Numbered from the stretch's first letter, positions 26,800 to 42,386 are shown. The stretch is 64,000 bases of DNA from Eledone cirrhosa (GCA_964016885.1 OZ024740.1:304854001-304918000), one strand, 5' to 3'. Numbers and translations: made by a program. Notes: generated by a model not told the origin, from the letters alone.

Positions 26800-28637
26800 G
26801 AGGACCGTATTTAAACATTTAAACTTTTAACCCCTGCTCCTTCCTATCTTCTCCTCCTCCCCTACATCATGCTGGTTCTTATTTAAACCTTACCTTCTCG
26901 CTAACAACTCAACATCCCTCCCATCCGCCCCCACGCACCACCATTATTATTACGTGGACCAATCATAAGTCAGAGGCCTATACTATCGCTTACCTGGTTG
27001 CCTTTCGATATGATGGATGGACTACGGAATTCTGGAGAGTTGAAGAGAGAGAAATCTGGACGCTCAGCAACAATGCCAAAGATAAAGACAAATTCACCTC
27101 GTGGACAAGAATGCGAGCACTCCTCCTCTTTGTTTCGGCCGCGGATGGCTAACATAACCCCATCTCCCCCCGCCCCCCTCCAAACGCAATCCAAAACTTC
27201 AGAGTTGGTACCATGAATGTAGGCACCTTAAAGGGTCGCTCTAACGAGGTTGTAGAAATGCTTGAACGTAAGGAGGTCGATGTTTGTTGTATTCAAGAGA
27301 CCAGGTGGAGGGGTGGGTCTGCTAGATTCATTGTGGGTAAAAAACGATGCTATAAGCTTTTCTGGGCGGGAAATGACAACGGGCTAGGTGGAGTAGGAAT
27401 CATGGTAGCAGAAAAGTGGGCAGATAAGATAACAGACGTAAATAGAGTGAACGACAGAATAATTAAAATAAGACTTGTCCTCAATAGAACTACTGTGACA
27501 GTAATATCTGCGTACACACCCCAATCCGGACTGCCCGGCACTATAAAAGACAGATTCTATGAGACACTGATGCTCACTACCTCCCAAATAACCAAATGCA
27601 AACAATGGGTACACAAGAGATGTAGCGGGATCTCAGGAAGCTTAATTAAGAATGTAGGATTCACATGCAGCAGCTGTACTGAGACAGCAGGCAGCAAACA
27701 GCCACAGGAAACAAGTACCACCAATCTCTGGGAGGGCCCTGTAGAAACAGTAGACAGCTTCTGCTACCTAGGTGACCGAATTAGCAGCGGAGGTGGGTGT
27801 TCAAAAAGTACAATAACTAGGGTAAGAACGGGATGGAAGAAGTTTAGGGAACTACTACCACTGCTAGCTGCAAAAGGCTTCTCCCTCAGAATGAAAGGCA
27901 GACTGTATGATGTGTGTATCCGAACAGCGATGTTGCATGGTAGTGAGACCTGGGCGCTGAAGGTGGAAGACTTATGTAGATTAGAGAGAAACGAAGCCTG
28001 CATGCTCCGATGGATGTGTAACAGTAATATACGTGAACGACAAAGTATAAATGAATTGAGAGAGAGACTGAGCATAAGAGGAATCAAATGCTGTGTGCAG
28101 GAGAGGCGGTTGCGCTGGTATGGACATGTGATGCGTATGAAGGATGACAGCTGCATAAAAAAGTGCAGAGCCCTAGAAGTTGATGGAAACCGCGTAGTGG
28201 GGAGACCCAAGATGACCTGGGATGAGGTGATAAAAGCCGACATTACCCAATTACACCTCTCAAAGACATTGACACACGACCGTGACTTCTGGTGTCACGC
28301 AGTAATACAGAGTACCCGACCTCCCATGGGTACAAGCTGAAGCATATAGACAATATGCCCCCACACCCCCCACCGCAAGGTGGTCGTGGAGGTGCCACGG
28401 CAAAAAAGCACCCAGCCCACACTGTAAAGTGGACGTGTAGGCGCCACGGAAAAAAGCACCCAGCACTCACTGTAAATGAGATTGGCGTTAGGAAGGGCAT
28501 CCAGCTGTAGAAATCAAGCCAGATCAGTTCCTGTATGAGCAAGGCATGGTCAGCCGACCAGACACTGCCCACAACAGGACAACCCGTCTAACCCATGCTA
28601 GCGTGGAAGAACGGACGATGATGATGATGATGATGAT
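26800..28637 (+). mobile_element. RTE-clade LINE, internally deleted (ORF 27213-28340)
   Basis: APE endonuclease N-terminus (NVGTLKGRS...DVCCIQETRW...VISAYTPQ) is fused in frame to the post-YADD part (CKQWVHKRCSG, FCYLG, LHGSETW, RLRWYGHV). The RT core is missing. RTE 3' UTR and (gat)n tail present. Confidence 0.92.
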
Positions 28638-28955
28638 GTATATGTATATATATATATATATGTGTGAGTATATGAATGTGTGTATATATTTATTTTATAA
28701 TTATGTATCTATACGCATTTTATCTGTAGATTATAAACTTACAGAGACATTAGCCTTGAATTTTTGTATTTACATACATCTTTTTGGCATGCGTATGCAT
28801 GTGAACACATATCTTTATGCATATCTGTGAACGAAGTTAATTACATGTATATACACACACCTAACTGCATAAACTTTTTGTATTTTCATTGGTCAATTTG
28901 AATTCTGTTCCCAAACAGACCTGAAATTTTGAATTGTTGTTATCAATAAATATAT

Positions 28956-29110
28956 TTCATTATTTCTGAAGACGGCATATATATGTGTTTGGTATGTATA
29001 TTTAATTTTGATAGTTTGTATAATTTTGTATAATTTTGTACATAGATCTGTTGAATATGCATGCCAATTCTAACACATATATATCCTAGAAACGATCGTT
29101 AAATAATGAA
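28956..29110 (+). ncRNA. Type I hammerhead ribozyme with ~115-nt extended stem II
   Basis: Stem I ttcattattt/aaataatgaa (10 bp). CTGAAGA at 28966. Stem II atatatatgtgtt/aacacatatatat plus tggtatgtatatttaa/ttgaatatgcatgcca. GAAA at 29089, palindromic stem III ACGATCGT, GUU site at 29098-29100. Confidence 0.7.
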
Positions 29111-29176
29111 CTTTTTTTGTTTAATATAAGGAACTGTTTCATTGTTTTATTCATTATTTTTTTAATATTTTATATG

Positions 29177-29210
<34 letters not shown>

Positions 29211-29220
29211 TCTATATATG

Positions 29221-29271
<51 letters not shown>

Positions 29272-29663
29272 GTATATATATATATATAAAAGTTTACATA
29301 TATATATACATACATATACATATACATGTTTTGCAACTGGTCACTTTGTGGCTCAATGAAAAATTAATAAATTAAACAATCAGAGCTATATATCATAAAA
29401 CATGTCTATAGAATCACAAGATAAAATATATATGTATATGTATGTATATATATATGTAAACTTTTATATGTAATAATCTCCCATTAGGTTGAGATACAAA
29501 TTTGGCTGTATTGTGCTGTGCTTTCTAGCAAAAATGCCACCAGTCGTAAGCAACTACCACACCCCTTCCAACCTGACCGCGACTACGTCACGATTTTTAG
29601 CCATTTTGAAATGAATTTCTTGGCGCGATCACTTTGGAAAATTTAGTGTCTAGATAAGAGTGA

Positions 29664-29751
29664 GCTTCCTGATGAATCCGGCACTCGAGTTTATATAATT
29701 ATTACATAATTATTGGAAAACTCAAAATACGGACGAAACCATGGTAGAGGT
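29664..29751 (+). ncRNA. Type I hammerhead ribozyme in a Penelope-type pLTR (~29390-30020)
   Basis: gcttc-CTGATGA-atccg...cggac-GAAA-C-CATG-G-TA-gaggt. Palindromic ACCATGGT, GUA site. The host repeat has a short inverted 5' copy (29390-29430 vs 29980-30020). Confidence 0.72.
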
Positions 29752-30052
29752 ATTTAAATGTATTCTATTTTCTCCTGGTTTATTTTACACCCAATTCTGT
29801 TTAGTTGACTATATCTGGGCGATTACGCTGTCGAAATATTCGATAAATATTCCGCTACGGCCGACGCGAAGCGCTATTTTCGGTTATTTGTCGGAGATTT
29901 CTTCATAGAAGCCTCATTCTTATAGCCTGGTCTATTCGATTTTTTATATGGTTAATTATGCTAATTGGGAGAGGAAATAGTATATATTTTATCTTGTGAT
30001 TCTATAGACATGTTTTATGATGTATATATATATATATATATGTATATATATG

Positions 30053-30147
<95 letters not shown>

Positions 30148-30148
30148 G

Positions 30149-30308
<160 letters not shown>

Positions 30309-30443
30309 TATATATATATATATATAAGTTGAAAAAAAATGAAAACGAAATTTCATTTCTCACTCTTATTATGGCACTTACTTAAATGTAAGTATGTATG
30401 TATACGTACATACATATATGTATACAGACGTACAGTAGCATGC

Positions 30444-30474
<31 letters not shown>

Positions 30475-30623
30475 CAGGTACACATATATATATGCACGCA
30501 TTAGTTTAGCGGACGCTTATTATAACGCCGCTTTGTTCGTTTGTCAACAAACTGAACAGCCTGAATTTATGCCATACGGTGTTAAGGCAACCACGTCACC
30601 TTTTTGTTCAACACTGACACAGG

Positions 30624-30668
30624 AACGATGTACTAGTTTCAAGCTTGTTAGCTATCATCAGCACCGTT
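30624..30668 (-). ncRNA. Minimal type I hammerhead ribozyme
   Basis: Minus strand aacggtg-CTGATGA-tagct-aaca-agctt-GAAA-CTAG-TA-catcgtt. Palindromic ACTAGT, GUA site. Confidence 0.8.
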
Positions 30669-30735
30669 TACCCATCTGCCAGATAGTTGAACGTTCGAAA
30701 GTATATGTATATATATATATATATATGTACATATG

Positions 30736-30810
<75 letters not shown>

Positions 30811-30959
30811 AAATGTATATATATATATGTATATATATATATGTATATATGTATATGTATATATATATATGTATATATATATATGTATATATATATATGT
30901 ATATATATATGTATATATATATATGTATATATATATATGTATGTATATATATATATATG

Positions 30960-31094
<135 letters not shown>

Positions 31095-31095
31095 G

Positions 31096-31130
<35 letters not shown>

Positions 31131-31131
31131 G

Positions 31132-31174
<43 letters not shown>

Positions 31175-31259
31175 TTGTATATATGTATATATATATATGT
31201 ATATATATATATTTTTAAAGCGATCGACTTTCGTCAAATCGGACCGAGGTAACAATGTT

Positions 31260-31430
31260 TCCGTTGGTCTTTCCAGTTGCTAATACTATCTATCGGTCGC
31301 AACTCCAGGTAGAAGGAGCAACGTGAAATAAAGTGTCTTGCTCAAGGACATAACGCATCGCCCGGTCCAGGAATCGAACTCACAACCTCAAGATTGTGAA
31401 TCCAATTCTCTAACCACTCAGCCACTTCTC
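31260..31430 (-). mobile_element. tRNA-derived SINE
   Basis: Minus strand tggctgagtggttag (A box), gagttcgattcc (B box) and gtccttgagcaagacactt core. Confidence 0.8.
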
Positions 31431-31666
31431 ACTCTTAGTACGGCTGTTACTTAAATATAAATATGTATACGTACATACATATATGTATACAGACGTACAG
31501 TAGTATGTATATATATATATACATACATGCACACATATATTTATGTACGTATGGATTCACTGAACATTTATTATAATGCTCGGTGTGTTTGTAAACAAAC
31601 ATCCCGAATTAAGCCGAACAGTGTCTAGCAACCATCGTTGCTCATTTGTTCAATCCTGACAAAGGA

Positions 31667-31705
31667 ACTGTACTAGTTTCAAGCTTATTAGCTATCGTCA
31701 GCAAC
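31667..31705 (-). ncRNA. Minimal hammerhead, tandem paralog of 30624-30668
   Basis: gttg-CTGACGA-tagct-aata-agctt-GAAACTAGTA-cagt. Core intact, with changes at the free position 7 and in loop II. Stem I is weakened. Confidence 0.65.
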
Positions 31706-32029
31706 GTATACCTTCCTGCCAGATGATTAAACGTCTGAAAGTATATACTTTCCTTATGCATATTAACGGCTGAGCAGCCTAATTTGCATATCGAGTGAGT
31801 TAATCGGCCGGGGTACAGAAAACGATAAACGGGAAAAATGAAACAAAATTTCATTTCTCACTCTTAGTACGGCTGTTACTTAATATTACTTAATATTCGG
31901 GATGTTTATTTACAAACACACCGAGCATTATAATAAATGTTTGGTGAATCCATACGTACATCAATATATGTATGTATATAGATATACATACTACTGTACG
32001 TCTGTATACATATATGTACATATATAAGT

Positions 32030-34227
<2,198 letters not shown>

Positions 34228-34228
<1 letters not shown>

Positions 34229-34562
34229 ATCATCATCATCATTTTACATCCGCTTTTCCCTGCTTGCAAGGGTGGGACGGGAACTGATTCTGGCTTGATT
34301 TCTACAGCTGGATGCCCTTCCTAACACCAACCTCATTTACAGTGAGTGCTGGGTGCTTTTTAGACGTGATACCTCCACGGCCACTTTGCAGTAGAATGAT
34401 ATGGACTCCAGTCCCTATCATCTCATATCTACAGCTGAGTAAACTGGAGCAATGTGAAATAAAGTGTCTTGCTCAAGGAAACAACACATCACCCGGTCTG
34501 CGAATTGAACTCACAACCTTTGATTGCAAGGCCAATGCTGTAACCATTAAGCCATGTGCCTC
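34228..34562 (-). mobile_element. tRNA-headed SINE with RTE-derived tail (copies 38021-38352 plus, 45775-46000 plus truncated, 46885-47232 minus)
   Basis: A box tggcttaatggtta, B box gagttcaattc, ccttgagcaagacacttt core. 3' end is shared with the RTE 3' UTR (gttggtgttaggaagggcatccagctgtag) and ends in (atg)n. Confidence 0.85.
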
Positions 34563-34580
34563 CATATGTATATATATATA

Positions 34581-36243
34581 TAAGCTATACAAGCCATGTA
34601 TAAAGAAACAGTCAGCAAGGTTAGAATTAACAACGAATATAGTGAAGAGTTTAGCGTAAAAGTTGGCGTTCATCAGGGCTCCGTCATTAGCCCCCTACTA
34701 TTTATTATTGCCCGTCAGGCTATAACAGAGGAGTTCAAGACCGGCTGCCCATGGGAACTCCTATATGCAGATGATCTAACGCTCATAGCTGAATCTATGG
34801 CGGAACTAGAGAAGAAATTCCAAACATGGAAGCATGGCCTAGAATCAAAAGGCCTTAAAGTTAACTTGTCTAAGACTAACGTTCTAGTTTGTAGGAAGGA
34901 AAATAGGGCACTGGTCCCATCTGGGAAATGGCCATGCTCAGTGTGTAGAAAAGTAGTAGGCAGAAACTCCATTTCATGTACCAAATGCAAAGTATGGGTG
35001 CATAAAAGATGTAGTGGGATCACAGGTAAGCTAACTAAGAATATAGATTTTATATGTGGCCGTGCTCTGGTGCAATAAGTAGCAGCAAGTGCCCAGAGAA
35101 TACTAGCTCATTCCATTGCACAGATGGTTCTATAGAAATAGTGGACAGCTTCCGTTACCTGGGTGACAAAATCAGCAGTGGGGGAGGGTGCTCTGAAAGT
35201 ACAGAAGCTAGAGTCAGAACGGGATGGAAAAAGTTCAGAGAGCTTATACCACTATTGGCTGCTAAAGAGTTCTCTCTAAAAATGAAAGGAAGGCTGTATG
35301 ATGCCTGCATACGAACAGCAATGTTACATGGCAGTGAGACCTGGGCATTGTGTGCAGAGGATATACGCAGACTGGAGCGAAACGAAGCCTGCATGCTCCG
35401 CTGCATGTGTAATAGTAATATACGTGAACGGCAAAGCATAAACGAACTAAGGGAGAAATTAGGAATAAGAGGGATCAGATGTTGTTTGCTCGAGAGACGA
35501 CTACGTTGGTACGGTTACGGTCACATGATGCGCATGAAAGACGACAGCTGTATAAAAAAGTGCAAGGCGATAAAAATAGACGGTAGCCACGGAGTAGGCA
35601 GACCCAGAAAAACCTGGGACGACTTGATAAATTCCGACCTCACACACTTACACCTCTCCAAGACAATGTCACTGGATCGAGATCTTTGGCGCTACACAGT
35701 TATACAGATGACCCGCCTTGCCTAAGTACAAAGCGAAACCTAGTCAGTAGGCACCTCTAACAAAATACACCCCCATCCCACTACCCCAACCACACTACCC
35801 CCTTAAATGTGAAGTTATGTTGGTACCACAACATCCAGTCCGAAACAAATGAGGTCGTGTAGGCGTCACGACAAATAAAAAACACACAGTCCACGCTGTA
35901 ATGTGGCCGTGTAGGTAACACGGTAAAAACCTCCCAGTACACACTGTAAACGTCGTTGGTGTTGGGAAGGGCACCCAGCCGTAGAAAACCCGCCAGACGT
36001 GTAGGTGTCACGACAATAAAACACACAGTCCATGCTGTAATGTAGCCATGTAGGTAACACGGTAAAAATCTCCCCGTCCACACTGTAAACGTGGTTGGTG
36101 TTAGGAAGGGCATCCAGCCGTAGAAAACCCGCCAGACAGTCCTGAGCAAGACAACCAATCTTGCCTCAAGTGGGACAATTCCCGTCCAGTCCCATGCTAG
36201 CGTGGAAAATAGACGTTAAACGATGATGATGATGATGATGATG
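34581..36243 (+). mobile_element. 5'-truncated RTE LINE with PHD-like insertion
   Basis: GVHQGSVISPLLF, LLYADDL, CSVC..CTKC..VHKRC..CGRC, FRYLG and RLRWYG. One frameshift near 35065. (gat)n tail. Confidence 0.93.
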
Positions 36244-36266
36244 TATACATATATATATATGTATAC

Positions 36267-36301
<35 letters not shown>

Positions 36302-36304
<3 letters not shown>

Positions 36305-37466
36305 TCATCATCATCAACGTTTAACGTCCGTGTTCCACGCTTGCATGGGTTTGGACGGGGGTAGTCCCACTTGAGGCAAGAGTGATTGTCTTGCTCGCAT
36401 AGGACTGTCTGGCAGGTTTTCTACAGTTGGATGCCCTTCCTAACACCAACCACATTTACAGTGTGGGTCTGGGAGGTTTTTACCGTGTTGCCTACACGGC
36501 CACATTACAGCGTGGACTGTGTGTTTTTTTGTCGTGACACCTACACGATCTCATTTGTTTCGGCCTCGATGGCGCGGCACCAACATAACTTTACATAGAA
36601 CGGGGTGGTGTGGATCGGGTGGGGGTGGGGGTGGTGGGACGGGGTGTATTTTGTTAGAGATGCCTACTGGCTGGAGTAGGTTTTACTATATATTTAGGTA
36701 AGGCGGGTCTTCTCTGTTACTGAGTACCGCCAAAGGTCTCGGTCCAGTGACATTGTCTTGGAGAGGTGTAAGTGTGTGATGTCGGAGTTTATCAGCTCGT
36801 CCCAGGTTTTTCTAGGTCTGCCTATTCCGTGACTACCGTCTATCTTTATTGCCCTGCACTTTGTTATACAGCTATCGACTTTCATGCGCATCACGTGTCC
36901 ATACCAACGTAGCCTTCTCTCGAGTAAACAACATCTGATCCCTCTTATCTCTAATTTTTTCCTTAGTTCGTTTATGCTTTGCCGTTCACGTATATTACTG
37001 TTACACATCCAGCGGAGCATGCAAGCTTCGTTCCTCTCTAGTCTGCGTATATCCTCTGCACACAATGCCCAGGTCTCACTGCCATGCAGCATTGCTGTTC
37101 GTATGCAGGCATCGTACAACCTGCCTTTCATTTTTAGTGAGAACCCTTTAGCAGCTAATAGTGGTATAAGCTCTCTGAACTTTTTCCAACCAGTTCTGAC
37201 TCTAGCTACAGTACTTTCAGAGCACCCTCCCCCACTGCTGATTTTATCGCCCAGGTAACGGAAGCTGTCCACTATTTCTATAGAACCCTCTGCGCAATTG
37301 AAAGAGCTAGTAGTTTGTGGGCACTTGCTGCTACTTATTGCACCAGAGCACCGGCCACATGTAAAATCTATGTTCTTAGTTAGCTTACCTGTGATCCCAC
37401 TACATCTTTTATGCACCCATACTTTGCATTTAGGACATAAAATGGAGTTTCTACCTACGCCTTTCC

Positions 37467-37467
<1 letters not shown>
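36302..37467 (-). mobile_element. 5'-truncated RTE LINE, same family, tail-to-tail with the previous copy
   Basis: ORF 36694-37545 from RKGVGRNSILCPKC onward is nearly identical to 34950-35725. (cat)n at 36302. Confidence 0.93.
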
Positions 37468-37498
<31 letters not shown>

Positions 37499-37499
<1 letters not shown>

Positions 37500-37950
37500 T
37501 GTTATACTTTGGGAGGGTCATGTTACCAATAAGAAACACACGCACCAGTTGCTTTCACTTCAATCTATTATAATAAATTTATAAATTTAGGAATTTATAA
37601 ATTTCCGGCATCTTGTTTTTGTGTGTCCAAAAACACAAAAACAAGATGGCGTAGGACAGAACAAAGGAGAGGCACAAAAAAACAAAAAAAAGAATCCCCA
37701 GTCACTAAAGAGGTCACAGAATGTGTGACGAAAGAACTTTGACAATATATAAACAACCATCTGGTTGTGGAACCAACCAACAAACCGGAAATTTATAAAT
37801 TCCTAAATTTATCAATTTATTATAATAAATTGAAGTGAAAGCAACTGGTGCGTGTGTTTCTTATTGGCAACATGACCCTCCCAAAGTATAACAATATCGG
37901 TTTCAACACACGTTTTCAGATAAAGAATCTTGCTAAACAAATTCAGAAAC
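37499..37950 (+). mobile_element. Penelope-type pLTR with ~110-bp inverted 5' copy and a core-mutated hammerhead (37701-37743)
   Basis: 37499-37608 is the inverse of ~37785-37895. gtca-CTAAAGA-ggtcaca-gaatg-tgtgac-GAAAGAACTT-tgac carries a G5A core change. Confidence 0.7.
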
Positions 37951-38353
37951 GAAATATGTATATATATATACATATGTATATATATATATATATATAGGCA
38001 CATATATATATATATATATAGGCACATGGCTTAATGGTTAGAGCATTGGCCTTGCAATCGAAAGGTTGTGAGTTCAATTCTCAGACCGAGTGATGTGTTG
38101 TTTCCTTGAGCAAGAGACTTTATTTCACATTGCTCCAGTTTACTCAGCTGTAGAAATGAGATGATAGGGACTGGGGTCCCTATCATTCCACTGCAAAGTG
38201 GTCGTGGAGGTGTCACGGCAAAAAAGCACCCAGCACTCACTGTAAATGAGGTTGGTGTTAGGAAGGGCATCCAGCTGTAGAAATCAAGCCAGAATCAGTT
38301 CCCGTCCCACCCTTGCAAGCAGGGAAAAACGGACGTAAAATGAAATGATGAAG

Positions 38354-38385
<32 letters not shown>

Positions 38386-38539
38386 ATACTTTGGGAGGGT
38401 CATGTTGCCAATAAGAAACACACGCACCAGTTGCTTTCACTTCAATTTATTATAATAAATTTATAAATTTAGGAATTTATAAATTTATAAATTTCTGGTT
38501 GGTTGGTTGGTTCCACAACCAGATAGTTGTTTATATATT

Positions 38540-38582
38540 GTCAAAGTTCTTTCGTCACACATTCTGTGACCTCTTCAGTGAC
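38540..38582 (-). ncRNA. Minimal hammerhead (intact paralog of 37701) in a second copy of the element at 38380-38712
   Basis: Minus strand gtca-CTGAAGA-ggtcaca-gaatg-tgtgac-GAAA-GAAC-TT-tgac. Confidence 0.62.
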
Positions 38583-38750
38583 TGGGGATTCTTTTCTTTG
38601 TTTTTGTGCCTCTCCTTTGTTCTGTCCTACGTCATGTTTCTGTGTATAACAATATCGGTTTCAACACATGATTTCAGATAAAGAATCTTGCTAAACAAAT
38701 TCAGAAACGAAATATATATATATATATATAGATATGTATATATATATATG

Positions 38751-38827
<77 letters not shown>

Positions 38828-38856
38828 ATTATGTAATAAACAACATAAGGCAATTA

Positions 38857-38916
38857 TTCCATTTACCAGTGGTTTCTTAAAAGCAAAAGGTTTTGCTTTC
38901 AATCCTCAGAATGAAA
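38857..38916 (-). ncRNA. Type I hammerhead ribozyme (inverse copy of 40790-40849)
   Basis: Reverse complement of the plus-strand motif at 40790. Confidence 0.8.
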
Positions 38917-39123
38917 AATCCTGGTTTGTTTATTGAATATGGATTCTAAAAACAAAAATGCAATCTATATGAAAGTGAGGCTGGAAAAGGGAGAAGGAAA
39001 GGAAAAATAAAATAAAATAAAACTACACATGCAAACACACACAAAAAAACACAAAAGCATACTTACACACACACACATATATACACATATAATTTGCACG
39101 CATACACATATACACATACACAC

Positions 39124-39161
<38 letters not shown>

Positions 39162-39271
39162 CATACATATATATACATATGTATATATATATACATATAT
39201 ATATAAAGAGCGTACACCTACACACACATACACATATATACACACATATACACATACATATATTCATACAT

Positions 39272-39314
<43 letters not shown>

Positions 39315-39352
39315 CACATACACACACACATACATATACACATGTACATATC

Positions 39353-39403
<51 letters not shown>

Positions 39404-40312
39404 ATACATATATACATATATATATATACATATATATACATACATACATATACACACATATACACATATACATACACACACACACACATGTGTGTGTACA
39501 AGCCTACACATACACACACACATATATATACACACACATATACATACATTCACACAAACATACAACGTACATACATACACATACATGAATGCACTCCACT
39601 ACATATTAACACACGCAAATAAATATAAGAAAAAAATATATAAATAATATTAACAAATATTTGACAGCGATACATGCCCCAGCTAACAGGACAGACACCA
39701 GTGGTAAGTATATATATATACACATACATATATATAAATATATATATACATATATACACACATACACGTACACATACACACATGCATACACATACACACA
39801 CACATATACATGTGTGTATGTGTAAAGCTCAGTATTAGATAAGACAAATGAACCTTACATAAACGTATATATAGTAGTAAAGTAATAAAGCCATACAAGG
39901 CAATTAATCCATTCACCAGAGGTTTCTTAAAAGCAAAAAAAGTTTCCTTCAATCTACAGAATGAAAAAATTTCGAACGTATGTATATATGCTTATGTGTG
40001 TATTACTTACCACGCGTGTCTGTCCTGTTAGCTGGGGCATGTATCGCTGTCAAATATTTGTTAATATTATTTATATATTTTTTTCTTATATTTATTTGCG
40101 TGTGTTAATATGTAGTGGAGTGCATTCATGTATGTGTATGTATGTACGTTGTATGTTTGTGTGAATGTATGTATATGTGTGTGTATATATATGTGTGTGT
40201 GTATGTGTAGGCTTGTACACACACATGTGTGTGTGTGTGTATGTATATGTGTATATGTGTGTATATGTATGTATGTATATATATGTATATATATATATGT
40301 ATATATGTATGG

Positions 40313-40353
<41 letters not shown>

Positions 40354-40391
40354 GATATGTACATGTGTATATGTATGTGTGTGTGTATGTG

Positions 40392-40440
<49 letters not shown>

Positions 40441-40789
40441 ATGAATATATGTATGTGTATATGTGTGTATATATGTGTATGTGTGTGTAGGTGTACGCTC
40501 TTTATATATATATGTATATATATATACATATGTATATATATGTATGTATATGTATATATATATATATATATATATTATATATGTGTGTATGTGTATATGT
40601 GTATGCGTGCAAATTATATGTGTATATATGTGTGTGTGTGTAAGTATGCTTTTGTGTTTTTTTGTGTGTGTTTGCATGTGTAGTTTTATTTTATTTTATT
40701 TTTCCTTTCCTTCTCCCTTTTCCAGCCTCACTTTCATATAGATTGCATTTTTGTTTTTAGAATCCATATTCAATAAACAAACCAGGATT

Positions 40790-40849
40790 TTTCATTCTGA
40801 GGATTGAAAGCAAAACCTTTTGCTTTTAAGAAACCACTGGTAAATGGAA
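40790..40849 (+). ncRNA. Type I hammerhead ribozyme
   Basis: tttcatt-CTGAGGA-ttgaaagcaaa-acct-tttgcttttaa-GAAA-CCACTGG-TA-aatggaa. 7-bp stem I, 11-bp stem II, GUA site. Confidence 0.82.
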
Positions 40850-40948
40850 TAATTGCCTTATGTTGTTTATTACATAATAATAATAATTAAGCTCTGTTGC
40901 TTACATAGAGCACTCTTTTTTCCTGGACTTTTCCGATGGAATTACTTC

Positions 40949-40982
<34 letters not shown>

Positions 40983-40983
40983 G

Positions 40984-41028
<45 letters not shown>

Positions 41029-41460
41029 CATCATCATCATCACCGTTTTACGTCCGTTCTTCCACGCTAGCATGGGTTAGACGGGTTGTCCTGTTGTGGG
41101 CAGTGTCTGGTCGGCTGACCATGCCTTGCTCATACAGGAACTGATCTGGCTTGATTTCTACAGCTGGATACCCTTCCTAACACCAACCTCATTTACAGTG
41201 AGTGCTGGGTGCTTTTTCGTGGCGCCTACACGTCCACTTTACAGTGTGGGCTGGGTGCTTTTTTGCCGTGGCACCTCCACGACCACCTTGCGGTGGGGGG
41301 GGGGGGGGGGCATATTGTTTATATGCTTCAGCATGTACCCATGGGAGGTCGGGTACCCTGTATTACTGCGTGACGCCAGAAGTCACGGTCGTGTGTCATT
41401 GACTTTGAGAGGTGTAGTTGGGTAAGGTCGGCTTTTATCACCATATATATGTATATATAG

Positions 41461-41613
<153 letters not shown>

Positions 41614-41697
41614 TATATGTATATATATATATGTATGTATATATATGTATATATATATATGTATGTATATATATATATGTATGTATATATATATATG

Positions 41698-41736
<39 letters not shown>

Positions 41737-41841
41737 ATATATATATATATATATGTATGTATATATATATATATATATTTGTATATATATATATATATGT
41801 ATGTATATATATATATATATTTGTATATATATATATATATT

Positions 41842-41951
<110 letters not shown>

Positions 41952-41963
41952 TACATATATGTA

Positions 41964-42013
<50 letters not shown>

Positions 42014-42057
42014 TACATATATGTATGTATATATATATATATATTTGTATATATATG

Positions 42058-42096
<39 letters not shown>

Positions 42097-42105
42097 ATAT
42101 ATATG

Positions 42106-42142
<37 letters not shown>

Positions 42143-42235
42143 ATATATATATATATTTGTATATATATATATATATATATATGTGTATATATATATTTGT
42201 ATATATATATATATATGTGTATATATATATATATA

Positions 42236-42266
<31 letters not shown>

Positions 42267-42273
42267 TTGTATA

Positions 42274-42386
<113 letters not shown>

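Larger units (their letters stand above)
38822..40885. mobile_element. Non-coding Penelope/retrozyme-like element forming a ~0.88-kb-arm inverted duplication
   Basis: 38822-~39700 is the reverse complement of ~40010-40885. Hammerheads at both outer ends and a decayed tandem copy at ~39908-39966. No protein-coding content. Confidence 0.75.

Noticed and set aside
38021-38095. tRNA gene candidate
   Set aside because: The A and B boxes continue into a SINE core and RTE tail, and no complete cloverleaf acceptor stem is present. It is a SINE head.
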